A stretch of 64,000 nt of DNA, from contig OZ244156.1 in NCBI GenBank assembly GCA_965216395.1, forward strand, positions 328,765 through 392,764. Reading direction: 5' to 3'. How positions within the stretch are numbered: the first letter of the stretch is position 1; each line of letters opens with the position of its first letter. Shown here piece by piece: positions 10,401-19,901 of the stretch. Both the position numbers and the translations under genes were made by a program. A model generated the notes under the pieces. That model saw only the letters and a list, made by a program, of their open reading frames with translations, was not told the DNA's origin and searched no databases. Source of the DNA: Alphaproteobacteria bacterium. Lineage in GTDB: Bacteria; Pseudomonadota; Alphaproteobacteria; Micavibrionales; SZUA-601.

Positions 10401-11525
10401 ATGTCTGACAAGAAAAAGTCCAAAGAAAAATTTAAAAAAGAAAAGCCGATTAAATTTGATAAAAAATCAAATGATTTTCTTTATAAATATTTGAATACAG
10501 CTGCACCTGTCAGTTACGAAAAAGAAGGACAAAAGGTTTGGCTCGATTATATTAAACCCTATATTGATGATCAAATTATTGATACCTATGGCACGGCTGT
10601 TGGGGTTATCAATCCGGGTAAAAAATATAGTGTTGTGATTGAAGCACATTCAGATGAAATTTCATGGTATGTCAATTATATCACCGAAAATGGATATATC
10701 TATGTCACCCGTAATGGCGGTTCAGATCACCAAATTGCGCCATCCATGCGTGTTAATTTACACGGAGAAAAAGGTTTGGTACCCGGTGTCTTTGGTTGGC
10801 CAGCCATTCACACACGTTTGCCTGGTAAAGAACAGGCACCATCCATGGAAAATATCTGTATTGATGTTGGGGCTTCTAAAAAAGTAGAAGTCGAAGAAAT
10901 GGGGATTCATGTTGGTACGGTGGCTGTATTCCAAGATGGTCTGACAGAACTTAATAATAATTATCTTGTGGGGCGTGCTCTTGATAATCGTCTGGGCGGT
11001 TTTGTTATTGCCCAAGTGGCGCGACAAATCAAAGAGAAAAAAATCAAATTGCCCTATACGCTTTATGTCGTGAATTCTGTACAAGAAGAAATTGGTCTGC
11101 GCGGGGCTGAGATGATCTCACGTCGCTTAAAACCTAATTGTGCGATTGTTATTGATGTCACCCATGATACAAATTCACCGATGTATAATAAGAAAAAACA
11201 AGGGGATATTTCTTGTAATAAAGGGCCAACCATTACGTACGGGCCGGCGGTACAAAATAATCTGCGTGAATTATTGATTTCGACAGCGAAGAAGAAAAAA
11301 ATACCGTTCCAACGTGAGGCACGATCTCGCTCAACAGGCACAGATACGGATGCTTTTGCTTACTCTGCTGAAGGGATTGCCTCTGCCCTCATGTCTGTAC
11401 CTTTGAAATATATGCATACAACGGTTGAAATGGCACATAAAGCGGATGTCAACCATGCGGTTGATCTATATGTTGAAACTTTGAAAAATATCAAAGGAAA
11501 AGAAGATTTTTTATATTTTAAATAG
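10401..11525 (+). CDS. M42-family metallo-aminopeptidase (FrvX/glutamyl aminopeptidase-like), copy 1
   Basis: 374 aa. Has HSDEI..., ALDNRLG, QEEIGLRGA and ...YMHT..E motifs of the M42 family. Confidence 0.8.
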   Translation: MSDKKKSKEKFKKEKPIKFDKKSNDFLYKYLNTAAPVSYEKEGQKVWLDYIKPYIDDQIIDTYGTAVGVINPGKKYSVVIEAHSDEISWYVNYITENGYIYVTRNGGSDHQIAPSMRVNLHGEKGLVPGVFGWPAIHTRLPGKEQAPSMENICIDVGASKKVEVEEMGIHVGTVAVFQDGLTELNNNYLVGRALDNRLGGFVIAQVARQIKEKKIKLPYTLYVVNSVQEEIGLRGAEMISRRLKPNCAIVIDVTHDTNSPMYNKKKQGDISCNKGPTITYGPAVQNNLRELLISTAKKKKIPFQREARSRSTGTDTDAFAYSAEGIASALMSVPLKYMHTTVEMAHKADVNHAVDLYVETLKNIKGKEDFLYFK

Positions 11526-11564
11526 ACACAAGTCTTGAATAATTAAAATAAAAACCTTAGAAAT

Positions 11565-11598
11565 AAGAGCTGAACATGCCGTTCAGCTCTTTTATTTT
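11565..11598 (+). terminator. Rho-independent terminator
   Basis: AAGAGCTGAAC-ATGCC-GTTCAGCTCTT hairpin followed by TTATTTTG. It lies between the two M42 genes. Confidence 0.7.
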
Positions 11599-11615
11599 GT
11601 TATAAGGATTTTTTC

Positions 11616-12665
11616 ATGACTTTAAATATCAATCTCCTTAAGGAAATTTGTGTTACCCCGGGAACATCTGGTGATGAAGAACGTATTCGCAAGGTAATCT
11701 TGCGTGAGATCAAAGGATTGGTTGATAAGGTTGATATTGACCATATGGGTAATGTTATTGCTCTTAAAAAAGGCAAATCTTCAGAAAAAAAAGCTATGGC
11801 CGCTGCGCATATGGACGAAATTGGTTTTATGATCACGCATATTGATAAGATGGGGTTTGGGCATTTTAAACCTATTGGAGGTTTTGATCCAAAAACACTA
11901 ACCGCTCAACGTGTCATCATCCATGGTAAAAAAGATATTATTGGTGTGATGGGGTCAAAAGCCGTTCATGTCATGTCACCTGAAGAAAAGAAGAAATCTC
12001 CTGAATTAAAAGATTATTTTATTGATTTTGGTTTGCCTGAAAAAGAAGTTAAAAAACTAATTTCGGTTGGTGATTTTATCACACGTGATCGAGATCTAAT
12101 TGAAATGGGTGATAACGTCTGTACAAAGTCAATCGATAACCGTGTATCGGTTTTTATTCTAATTGAGACACTCCGTACCTTGAAGAAGAAAAAGCCAGCC
12201 TATGATTTTTATGCGACATTTACAGTGCAAGAAGAAGTAGGGATGCGTGGCGCTAAAACAGCAGCTTATAAAATAAACCCTGATTTTGCCTTTGGTTTAG
12301 ATGTAACAGCAGCAAGTGATACACCAGGAACAGCCGAAAAAGATTATTGTACAAAGTTAGGTGAGGGAACTGCGATTAAAGTTATGGATGGTGGTACGAT
12401 ATCTGATGTTCGTATGGTTAGATTTATGGAGAAAATAGCTAAAGCAAAAAAAATTAAATATCAAAAAGAGGTCATGCTTGCTGGGGGCACAGATACTTTT
12501 GCCATGCAATTGGCTGGTGACGGTTGTATAGCGGGGGCAATTTCAATCCCTAATCGTTACATGCATACTGTTGTTGAAATGAGTAATAAAAAAGATGTTG
12601 ATGGCGCTGTAAAACTTCTTACCGCTTGCCTTCAAGATCTCGATTCATTCAACATGAAATGGTAG
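11616..12665 (+). CDS. M42-family metallo-aminopeptidase, copy 2
   Basis: 349 aa. Has AAHMDEIGF, SIDNRV, QEEVGMRGA and RYMHTVVE motifs. Confidence 0.8.
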   Translation: MTLNINLLKEICVTPGTSGDEERIRKVILREIKGLVDKVDIDHMGNVIALKKGKSSEKKAMAAAHMDEIGFMITHIDKMGFGHFKPIGGFDPKTLTAQRVIIHGKKDIIGVMGSKAVHVMSPEEKKKSPELKDYFIDFGLPEKEVKKLISVGDFITRDRDLIEMGDNVCTKSIDNRVSVFILIETLRTLKKKKPAYDFYATFTVQEEVGMRGAKTAAYKINPDFAFGLDVTAASDTPGTAEKDYCTKLGEGTAIKVMDGGTISDVRMVRFMEKIAKAKKIKYQKEVMLAGGTDTFAMQLAGDGCIAGAISIPNRYMHTVVEMSNKKDVDGAVKLLTACLQDLDSFNMKW

Positions 12666-13402
12666 AACAAAATAAAGAACGCATTGCCAAAGTGATGGCG
12701 CGCGCAGGTTTGTGCTCGCGCCGTGATGCGGAACGATGGATTACCGATGGCCGTGTTGTTGTTAATGGTGAAAACTTGACCACGCCTGCGCATAAAGTAT
12801 CTGAAGAAGATGTTGTTCTTGTTGATGGTAAACCGTTACCGATGAAAGAAAAAACCCGCGTTTGGCTTTACTATAAACCGATTGGCTTGGTTACTTCAGC
12901 GCGTGATGAGCAAGGGCGGCGAACGGTTTTTGATGTGTTGCCGAAAAATATGCCCCGTGTTATTTCTGTGGGTCGTTTGGACTTAAATTCGGAAGGCTTA
13001 CTTATTTTAACCAATGATGGTGCTTTGGCCCGCATGTTAGAACTGCCTTCAAATAAATTTGAGCGTATCTATCGGGTACGTGTTTTAGGAGACTTGGATA
13101 TAAAGAAATTACATGCTCTTAAAAAAGGGATTACGGTCGATGGTGTGCGTTACGGCTCTATTAAGGTTAAGGTCGAAGACGCGCATCATAAAGGGGCTAA
13201 TCATTGGTTGCGTATTACCCTTCAAGAAGGAAAAAACCGCGAAATTCGTAAGGTTATGGAAGCTGTGGGTTTACATGTTAATCGCCTTATTCGTTTGTCA
13301 TATGGTCCTTTTAACATAGGACGCGTAAAGCGTGGCACTGTTCAGGAAATTCATAGTGATGTTATTGAGAAACTGTTGCAACAGGCTCAGGTTAAAAATT
13401 AG
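12659..13402 (+). CDS. RsuA/RluB-family rRNA pseudouridine synthase
   Basis: S4 domain (RIAKVMARAGLCSRRDAERWI) plus the catalytic GRLDLNSEGLLILTNDG motif. The start is taken at ATG 12659 (MVEQNK...). The track ORF begins at a TTG at 12626, inside the previous gene. Confidence 0.8.
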   Translation: MVEQNKERIAKVMARAGLCSRRDAERWITDGRVVVNGENLTTPAHKVSEEDVVLVDGKPLPMKEKTRVWLYYKPIGLVTSARDEQGRRTVFDVLPKNMPRVISVGRLDLNSEGLLILTNDGALARMLELPSNKFERIYRVRVLGDLDIKKLHALKKGITVDGVRYGSIKVKVEDAHHKGANHWLRITLQEGKNREIRKVMEAVGLHVNRLIRLSYGPFNIGRVKRGTVQEIHSDVIEKLLQQAQVKN

Positions 13403-13984
13403 ATGCGTATCGTTTCTGGAAAATTCCGTGGTCGAAAAATTTTTGTGCCTAATACCCATGCAACGCGCCCCACCATGGATCGAACGCGCGAGGCTGTTTT
13501 TAATATGTTGCTTAATGCCCCGTGGGCGCAACAATCCGATGGACGGTCTATTTTAAATGGTGCGGTTGTTTTAGATGTCTTTGCTGGTTCGGGAGCTTAT
13601 GGTTTGGAAGCATTATCGCATCGGGCGAAATGTGTCACATTTCTTGATCATGGTAAAGAAGCCATTCAAGCGATTAAACGAAATATTGAGACGTTTAATG
13701 TTCAAGAAATGACCCGTATTTTACGCCAATCACCACTCAAGATTTCTAATCGTAGAGAAGGGAATGTGGCCGATATTGCTTTCTTTGATCCGCCTTATGG
13801 GGAAGATTTGATTATTCCATCGGTTGAAGCTCTGCACGTTAAAAACTGGATCAACGAAAAAACTTATTTAGTCTTTGAAACTGAATCTAAAAAGAGCGAA
13901 ACTTTACCTGCTAATTTGGAAATTTTTTCACAGCGCGTTTATGGTAAAAGTAAAATATCAATAGGGTATTTGTTAAAAAGTTAA
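13403..13984 (+). CDS. rsmD: 16S rRNA (guanine966-N2)-methyltransferase RsmD
   Basis: MRIVSGKFRGRKIFVPNTHATRPTMDRTREAVFNML, VLDVFAGSGAYGLEALS and the DPPY motif. Confidence 0.85.
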   Translation: MRIVSGKFRGRKIFVPNTHATRPTMDRTREAVFNMLLNAPWAQQSDGRSILNGAVVLDVFAGSGAYGLEALSHRAKCVTFLDHGKEAIQAIKRNIETFNVQEMTRILRQSPLKISNRREGNVADIAFFDPPYGEDLIIPSVEALHVKNWINEKTYLVFETESKKSETLPANLEIFSQRVYGKSKISIGYLLKS

Positions 13985-14709
13985 GCTTTCTTACCAGAGT
14001 TATGACTGCCGCGAACGATGACATTAAGCGCGGCTATAACAGGATCCATGGGTTCTAAGGTTTTTTGCGCATCATCCAGCACCATCTCAACCATGCGAAT
14101 AGCACTGGGTCTTGGCATATCGGCTTCTAAATTGAAATATTCGGGGTCTTGACGCACGGCCGCATATACTTGTGCAATATCACCAGCCAATTTAGAACCA
14201 AATACTGATAATTTTTCAACATTCGCATCAAAGATAGAACGACTGAGCGGGGGGCGTTGATGGATAAAATCGCCCGCCTCTTCATATTGCGCTTTTTTAT
14301 CACTATCACGTAAATTACGGAGCAATTCATTATATATGGTGATGAACGCTTCGCATTTAATTTTATTCTCGGTCAATTCGCCCGCCAATGATGAGGCTAA
14401 AACGGCTTTTTCACGTTTTTGCACCGATTCTTCATTCATCATCATCTGTGAGATGTGTTTTTCTTGATTTTTAGAGATTTTTCTCAAACCCGAGTGGAGG
14501 AATAGCCCCACTAAAAACAAACCAATAATAGGACCGATCAGGCTGGCCAAAGGTGCAAACCACTCATTATTATTCACAAGCCATTGTTTCCATGACATCG
14601 TGTAAGTTGTATTATGAATGGCGTTTGTCAGATCCGGGAGTTGAGCCCATGCCCCTTTTACGCCGATGAATAAAAAGGCTGTTGCGGCACATATAAATTT
14701 TTTAACCAT
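13981..14709 (-). CDS. Hypothetical membrane-associated protein
   Basis: Signal-like N-terminus plus one TM (LIGPIIGLFLVGLFLH). No recognisable domain. Confidence 0.4.
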   Translation of the reverse strand: MVKKFICAATAFLFIGVKGAWAQLPDLTNAIHNTTYTMSWKQWLVNNNEWFAPLASLIGPIIGLFLVGLFLHSGLRKISKNQEKHISQMMMNEESVQKREKAVLASSLAGELTENKIKCEAFITIYNELLRNLRDSDKKAQYEEAGDFIHQRPPLSRSIFDANVEKLSVFGSKLAGDIAQVYAAVRQDPEYFNLEADMPRPSAIRMVEMVLDDAQKTLEPMDPVIAALNVIVRGSHNSGKKA

Positions 14710-14792
14710 AGAAAATCCAATTGATTACTTAATAAAAAATCAGTCTAATATGGATATATTACTGATTTGTTACCGCTTTTGCGACTTAAAAA

Positions 14793-14869
14793 TGGTCGGG
14801 GCGACTAGATTCGAACTAGCGACCTCTTGTACCCAAAACAAGCGCGCTACCAGGCTGCGCCACGCCCCG
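14793..14869 (-). tRNA. tRNA-Pro (anticodon UGG), CCA encoded
   Basis: The reverse complement folds as acceptor CGGGGCG/CGCCCCG, anticodon stem CTTGT/ACAAG with loop TTTGGGT, T-loop TTCGAAT. Confidence 0.9.
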
Positions 14870-14940
14870 ACACTAAGACAACGGTTTTTAACATCTCTTA
14901 GAACAAAAGAAAAGAGAAAATTAAATTCTTTGCATATTTT

Positions 14941-15768
14941 TTAAAGACTATGAGATACGACATAGTCTAAAATTGCGTTGAAACATTTTTGTCTTTTATC
15001 ATCATATTTTTCCAAGATTTCTGCACATTCTTCAAGATGTTTCTGTATAGACTTTATATTCTGATTAAATTTAGATTGATAGACCAGTTTGTTATCGAGT
15101 AAATCACGCCCTGATATTTCATAGTGAAGACTTGTAGATAACATGTGACCATTACCAATCTTTTTTTCAATAACAGCAGGAAAAACTAAGCCTTTACTAT
15201 TTGTCATATATCCTAAAACTTCAACATCTTCTTCTATGTCAATTACGGGGCCGGCATTGTAGACGGCGGGACAGTCCATTTTACTGTGGCCTGGTAAATA
15301 TAGCGATGACTTTAAAACCACCATATGCGAACTTGTTTGCTTTCTTATTGGATCGGTTAGTTTATTAATGGGGCCAGAGGAAGTGGCTGAATATAAACCT
15401 AATGGTTTTAAATGATTATCGGAAATTTTTGTGTTAATTTTTTCGTTTGTAAGATCATTATTAAATATGATCTCTTGCCCTGCCCAATATTTTCCTCTGC
15501 ATATACCTATATATTTTCCTCCATTTTTAATAAAGTCATGGATAAGATCTTGTCCGTTATTTTTGAGTTGTTTTGAGCAATGTTTTGATTCTCCGCCGGA
15601 GATGACAAGTACGCCATCGAAATTTTCTTTTAATATACCGTTCAAAATATCTGACGCGGTAATTTTAAAGTAATTTAGCTTATTTTTTGCAGCATAATTT
15701 TTCAAAGAGTGATCAATTGGATAATCAACAGTGATTTGATCATCAAATAACATGATTGTTTTAGACAT
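14941..15768 (-). CDS. Class-I glutamine-amidotransferase-like / biotin-protein-ligase N-terminal (BPL_N)-like protein
   Basis: VLVISGGES...FIKNGGKYIGICRGKYWAG resembles the BPL_N/GATase1-like GGxYxGxCAGAY segment. The gene is AT-rich. The call rests on pattern memory only. Confidence 0.4.
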   Translation of the reverse strand: MSKTIMLFDDQITVDYPIDHSLKNYAAKNKLNYFKITASDILNGILKENFDGVLVISGGESKHCSKQLKNNGQDLIHDFIKNGGKYIGICRGKYWAGQEIIFNNDLTNEKINTKISDNHLKPLGLYSATSSGPINKLTDPIRKQTSSHMVVLKSSLYLPGHSKMDCPAVYNAGPVIDIEEDVEVLGYMTNSKGLVFPAVIEKKIGNGHMLSTSLHYEISGRDLLDNKLVYQSKFNQNIKSIQKHLEECAEILEKYDDKRQKCFNAILDYVVSHSL

Positions 15769-15805
15769 GAAATTCAGACCCTTAAAACTCTTTAAAAAAG
15801 ATAAA

Positions 15806-16321
15806 TTACGATTTTAGATTGTTTCTTGTTTTCATGATTAAGCGACCAAGATGATTCTGTCCTTGACCTGTTTTAAGGCAAAAACCAAAAAAATTATCAT
15901 TCCAATCATTACCTTCAATCAAAAGAGCATCCTCTTTATTCAACAACATATTTTTTAATTCAAGGTTTTTATCGCTAAATTTTTGTTCAATAAGCATCCC
16001 CATTGCTTGAATACGCAGATTATCTGTTAAATCTTCACGTATTTGAAATTCATTTGTGCGACTAAAATCTTTTGCTTTCCCAGGTTTCATATTCTGAATC
16101 ATTTGCCTTTGTTTAAAAGATGAACTTTTCCATGCTTGATAGGCATTTTCAACAGTTTCAAAGACCATTTCCGGAAGTTCTTTTTTATTGATAATTTCAG
16201 CAGGCAATATCACGTTGCAAGGCCAAAAATTACTAAGAAAACGATTCTCTCCTTGAAACGCCATAACGATATTGAGTTGCTCTTTTTCTTTGCCGTGAAT
16301 AATTGAAACGGATGTATTCAT
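15806..16321 (-). CDS. NADAR (YbiA/DUF1768) family protein
   Basis: FLSNFWPC...F.TVENAYQAWK and a downstream GNDWNDNFFG-like segment match the NADAR pattern. Confidence 0.7.
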   Translation of the reverse strand: MNTSVSIIHGKEKEQLNIVMAFQGENRFLSNFWPCNVILPAEIINKKELPEMVFETVENAYQAWKSSSFKQRQMIQNMKPGKAKDFSRTNEFQIREDLTDNLRIQAMGMLIEQKFSDKNLELKNMLLNKEDALLIEGNDWNDNFFGFCLKTGQGQNHLGRLIMKTRNNLKS

Positions 16322-16330
16322 ATCAAACTC

Positions 16331-17998
16331 TTACGCAATTTTTTTATATTTGATGCGTGTGGGCATGGCTTCAGAACCGGTACGACGCATGCGATCGGCT
16401 TCATAATCTTCGAAGTTTCCTTCGAACCATTCAACATGACTATTGCCTTCAAAGGCCAAGATATGTGTGGCTAAACGATCTAAGAACCAGCGATCATGCG
16501 AAATCACCACGGCGCAACCTGGGAAGGTTTCTAATGCGTCTTCAAGTGCACGCAAAGTATCCACATCTAAGTCATTCGTGGGTTCATCAAGCAGGAGGAC
16601 ATTTGCGCCACTTTTAAGCATTTTGGCCAAATGAACACGGTTGCGCTCACCACCAGAAAGCTGACCCACCACTTTTTGTTGATCACCCCCTTTAAAATTA
16701 AAGGAAGAAACATAGGCGCGCGATTGCACGGATCGTCCGCCGAGATCAATCACTTCTTGTTTGCCCGAAATTTCTTCCCAAACTGTGGCTTTGGGATCCA
16801 AACTATCACGGGATTGATCAATATAGCCCAATTGCACAGTTTCTCCGACCGTAAATGTCCCGCTATCAGGGGTTTCTTCGCCAGTAATCATCCGGAATAA
16901 TGTGGTTTTACCGGCACCATTGGGGCCAATAATCCCGACAATACCCCCACGGGGGAGATTAAAGGACAGGTCATTAATCAGATATTTGTCTCCAAAAGCT
17001 TTGTTGATATTTTCTGCCTTGATGACAAGGTTGCCTAAACGCTCTGGATTAGGGATAACAATTTGCGCACTGCCTTTGGCGCGTTCTTTATTTTGTGCCG
17101 CCAAATTTTCAAAAGCTGTAATACGGGCCTTTGATTTGGCCTGTCTGGCTTTGGGCGATTGACGCACCCATTCCAATTCTTTTGCCAAGGTTTTTTGGCG
17201 GTCACCTTCTTCTTTTTCTTCCTGTTCAAGGCGTTTTTGCTTTTGTTCAAGCCATTTGGTGTAATTGCCTTCGTAAGGAATGCCTTCGCCACGATCCAGC
17301 TCCAAAATCCAACCCGTAACGTTATCAAGGAAGTAACGATCATGGGTAACCATGACAACCGTGCCAGGATAATCGGCTAAGAACCGTTGTAACCATGCTA
17401 CTGATTCGGCGTCCAAATGGTTGGTCGGTTCATCAAGCAGGAGCATATCAGGCTTTGCCAAGAGAAGTTTGGCCAAAGCGACACGGCGCTTTTCACCCCC
17501 TGATAAATTGGTAACGGGCGAATCACCCGGTGGACACCGCAGAGCATCCATCGCAATTTCAGCTGTCCGGTCAATTTCCCATCCGTCCGCGGCATCAATC
17601 GCTTCTTGCAGTTCGGTCATCTCATCCGTTAAACTTTCAAAATCAGCATCAGGCTCGGCCATGGCGGCCGCTACGGCGTTGTAACGCTCCACTTTGGTCT
17701 TAATTTCGCCTAAGGCATCCATGACATTCTCATGAACAGTTTTGCTTTCATCTAATTGGGGCTCTTGTTGCAAATAGCCGATTTTAATCCCATCGGCTGC
17801 CCATGCTTCGCCATCATAGGCTGTATCCACCCCAGCCATAATTTTAAGAAGCGTTGATTTACCCGCACCGTTATGCCCCAAAACGCCAATTTTGGCACCA
17901 GGATAGAAAGAAAGCCAAATATCATTCAAAACCTTTTTTCCACCAGGGTAAGATTTAGATACACCTTTCATTACATATGCATATTGATAGCTTGCCAT
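16331..17998 (-). CDS. ettA: Energy-dependent translational throttle protein EttA (ABC-F ATPase)
   Basis: 555 aa. N-terminus [31 protein letters not shown]. Two ABC cassettes ([18 protein letters not shown]; [16 protein letters not shown]) and no TM domain. Confidence 0.92.
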   Translation of the reverse strand: MASYQYAYVMKGVSKSYPGGKKVLNDIWLSFYPGAKIGVLGHNGAGKSTLLKIMAGVDTAYDGEAWAADGIKIGYLQQEPQLDESKTVHENVMDALGEIKTKVERYNAVAAAMAEPDADFESLTDEMTELQEAIDAADGWEIDRTAEIAMDALRCPPGDSPVTNLSGGEKRRVALAKLLLAKPDMLLLDEPTNHLDAESVAWLQRFLADYPGTVVMVTHDRYFLDNVTGWILELDRGEGIPYEGNYTKWLEQKQKRLEQEEKEEGDRQKTLAKELEWVRQSPKARQAKSKARITAFENLAAQNKERAKGSAQIVIPNPERLGNLVIKAENINKAFGDKYLINDLSFNLPRGGIVGIIGPNGAGKTTLFRMITGEETPDSGTFTVGETVQLGYIDQSRDSLDPKATVWEEISGKQEVIDLGGRSVQSRAYVSSFNFKGGDQQKVVGQLSGGERNRVHLAKMLKSGANVLLLDEPTNDLDVDTLRALEDALETFPGCAVVISHDRWFLDRLATHILAFEGNSHVEWFEGNFEDYEADRMRRTGSEAMPTRIKYKKIA

Positions 17999-18092
17999 TA
18001 TTTGCCTCTTATCTTAGTATTTTAAAAATAGGATATATAACTTACAGTATATGTGATTGATCTCAACATGAAAACCATAGAAAGTGATAAAA

Positions 18093-18677
18093 ATGGTCCA
18101 AATCATTAAAACAGGTGAGAAGTTTTTTCTTAAAGATATAGCTGGTGGGGACGCCCCCATACTCGCTATTGGTTTGGGGTGGGATAACCGAAAGAAAAAG
18201 GGGCTCATTAATAAGTTCTTGAAAAAGGAATATGAGGTTGATCTCGATCTTTCGTGTGTTGTCTACAATAATGATGATATTCGCATGGATACCGTTTGGT
18301 ATGCACAATTAAATAGTAAAGATGGCGCCATCAAACATTCAGGCGATGATACACTGGGGAAAGAAGGGGGAGATGACGAAAATATCTCCGTTGATTTATT
18401 TAGGTTATCACCCGAAAGTAAAACAATCTTTTTCGCGATTAGTTCCTTTAGCGGCAACCGTCTCAAACGGATCAAAAATTGCTATATGCGTGTTTTTGAT
18501 GCGCGTTCTGGCAAAAATATTCTGCGCTATGATAAAGGCGGCGAAGAAAGCACAGCCAAGGTCATGTTGCGCCTGAAACGCGAAGAGGGCGGCTGGTCAG
18601 TCAAGGCATTGGGTATTGGCTGCAAGGGGCAAAATATCGAAGATGTTTATCCCGTGATGCGGCGTGAGGTTGAATAA
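18093..18677 (+). CDS. TerD-domain stress protein with canonical Ca2+-binding motifs
   Basis: DLDLSCVVY... and HSGDDTLGKEGGDDENISVDL (the GDD/GDDE TerD calcium sites). The track start is GTG 18084. ATG 18093 (MVQIIKTGEKFFL) fits TerD N-termini better. Confidence 0.85.
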   Translation: MVQIIKTGEKFFLKDIAGGDAPILAIGLGWDNRKKKGLINKFLKKEYEVDLDLSCVVYNNDDIRMDTVWYAQLNSKDGAIKHSGDDTLGKEGGDDENISVDLFRLSPESKTIFFAISSFSGNRLKRIKNCYMRVFDARSGKNILRYDKGGEESTAKVMLRLKREEGGWSVKALGIGCKGQNIEDVYPVMRREVE

Positions 18678-18684
18678 TCAATTA

Positions 18685-19323
18685 ATGCCACAAGATAAAA
18701 TAGAAAAAGAGTGCGTTGCCTTACACAATTCTGGTGATTGTCATGTCATTGATATTCCAGAAAATCAGGATTTTGGTCTTATTGGCGCCTTATTAACATG
18801 GACACAACCACCCGCTTCGCCACGTGCCACTGGTTTTTTGGGTCGGATATTGCCTAAAAGAAAAGAAAAAGTTGATTTGGATATTGGGTGTTTGTACGAA
18901 ACGCAATCAGGTACACGTGGCTGTGTTCAAAGTTTGGGTAATCTATTCGGCGCGATTGACCACGAACCCTATATCAAACTCAGTAAAGATGATGTCTCTG
19001 GTGTGAGTATAGGCGAAGAACTTGTTATTAATGGGCATCAATGGTCACAATTTAAACGGATTGTTATTTATGCTTATCTTTATGATGGTGTAACTGCGTG
19101 GGACCAAGTGGATGCGACGATCACAATGCGCGTTCCTCAATCGCCCGTTTTTCAGATCGCGCCCAGCAGTTATGAGCTGGGCAAGGGGATGTGTGCGTTG
19201 GCTGAGCTATCAAATCTGGATGGTCGGATGCAGATTAAAAATCTCACTGAATATTACCCCGGCCATAGTGAGCTTGATTATGCGCATGGATTCGGCCTGC
19301 GCTGGGTGATAAAGGATAAATAA
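18685..19323 (+). CDS. Divergent TerD/TerA-like domain protein
   Basis: VDLDIGCLYETQSGTRGCVQSLGNLFG..., PYIKLSKDDVSG..GEEL and C-terminal EYYPGHSELDYAHGFGLRW. The maximal ORF starts at GTG 18664; ATG 18685 lies 8 nt after the previous stop. Confidence 0.7.
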   Translation: MPQDKIEKECVALHNSGDCHVIDIPENQDFGLIGALLTWTQPPASPRATGFLGRILPKRKEKVDLDIGCLYETQSGTRGCVQSLGNLFGAIDHEPYIKLSKDDVSGVSIGEELVINGHQWSQFKRIVIYAYLYDGVTAWDQVDATITMRVPQSPVFQIAPSSYELGKGMCALAELSNLDGRMQIKNLTEYYPGHSELDYAHGFGLRWVIKDK

Positions 19324-19901
19324 TGAGGAAAGCAATTATTTTACACGGCGTCTGTGACGATCATGAATTTTTTGATGCAGAGACATCACCGTCAAATTCA
19401 CATTTTTATCCTTGGCTGCAAAAGAAATTTTTGTGTTCTGAGATTTTATGTCAAACCCCAGAAATGCCAACGCCATACAATCCAATATACAGGCAATGGG
19501 TTGAAACATTTGAACAGTTTACACTAGATGAAGAAACTATAATCATTGGGCATAGTGGTGGAGCCGGGTTTTTTCTTAAATGGCTACACCAGAATAATCA
19601 TAGGCATTTTAAGAAAGTAGTTTTTATCGCTCCATATCTAGACCCTTTTAAAAAATACGGTAATTTCTTAGAGTTAGAACTCAGCACAAATGTTGGAAAA
19701 CAATTAGATGAGATCCATTTGCTTCATTCAAAAGATGACCCCGTTATTGGTGTTAACGAGACAACAGAAGAAATTTTAAAAACCTATCCTAAGATAAAGT
19801 TTCATGAATACGAAGACAGAAGACATTTTCTTTTTGATGATATCGGTCTAACTTTCCCGGAACTTTGGGATATTGCCAAACCGAAAGAAAATAATCAATG
19901 A
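19323..19901 (+). CDS. YdeN/RBBP9-type serine hydrolase (alpha/beta fold)
   Basis: AIILHG..., nucleophile elbow GHSGGAG, later SKDDPV and RRHF (candidate Asp/His). The start overlaps the previous stop (TAATG). Confidence 0.6.
   Translation: MRKAIILHGVCDDHEFFDAETSPSNSHFYPWLQKKFLCSEILCQTPEMPTPYNPIYRQWVETFEQFTLDEETIIIGHSGGAGFFLKWLHQNNHRHFKKVVFIAPYLDPFKKYGNFLELELSTNVGKQLDEIHLLHSKDDPVIGVNETTEEILKTYPKIKFHEYEDRRHFLFDDIGLTFPELWDIAKPKENNQ

Noticed and set aside
14666-14944. 92-aa ORF spanning the tRNA-Pro locus (and, similarly, the 63-aa ORF 51345-51536 across tRNA-Ser)
   Set aside because: Each ORF is read straight through a well-folding tRNA gene, so it is an artefact.
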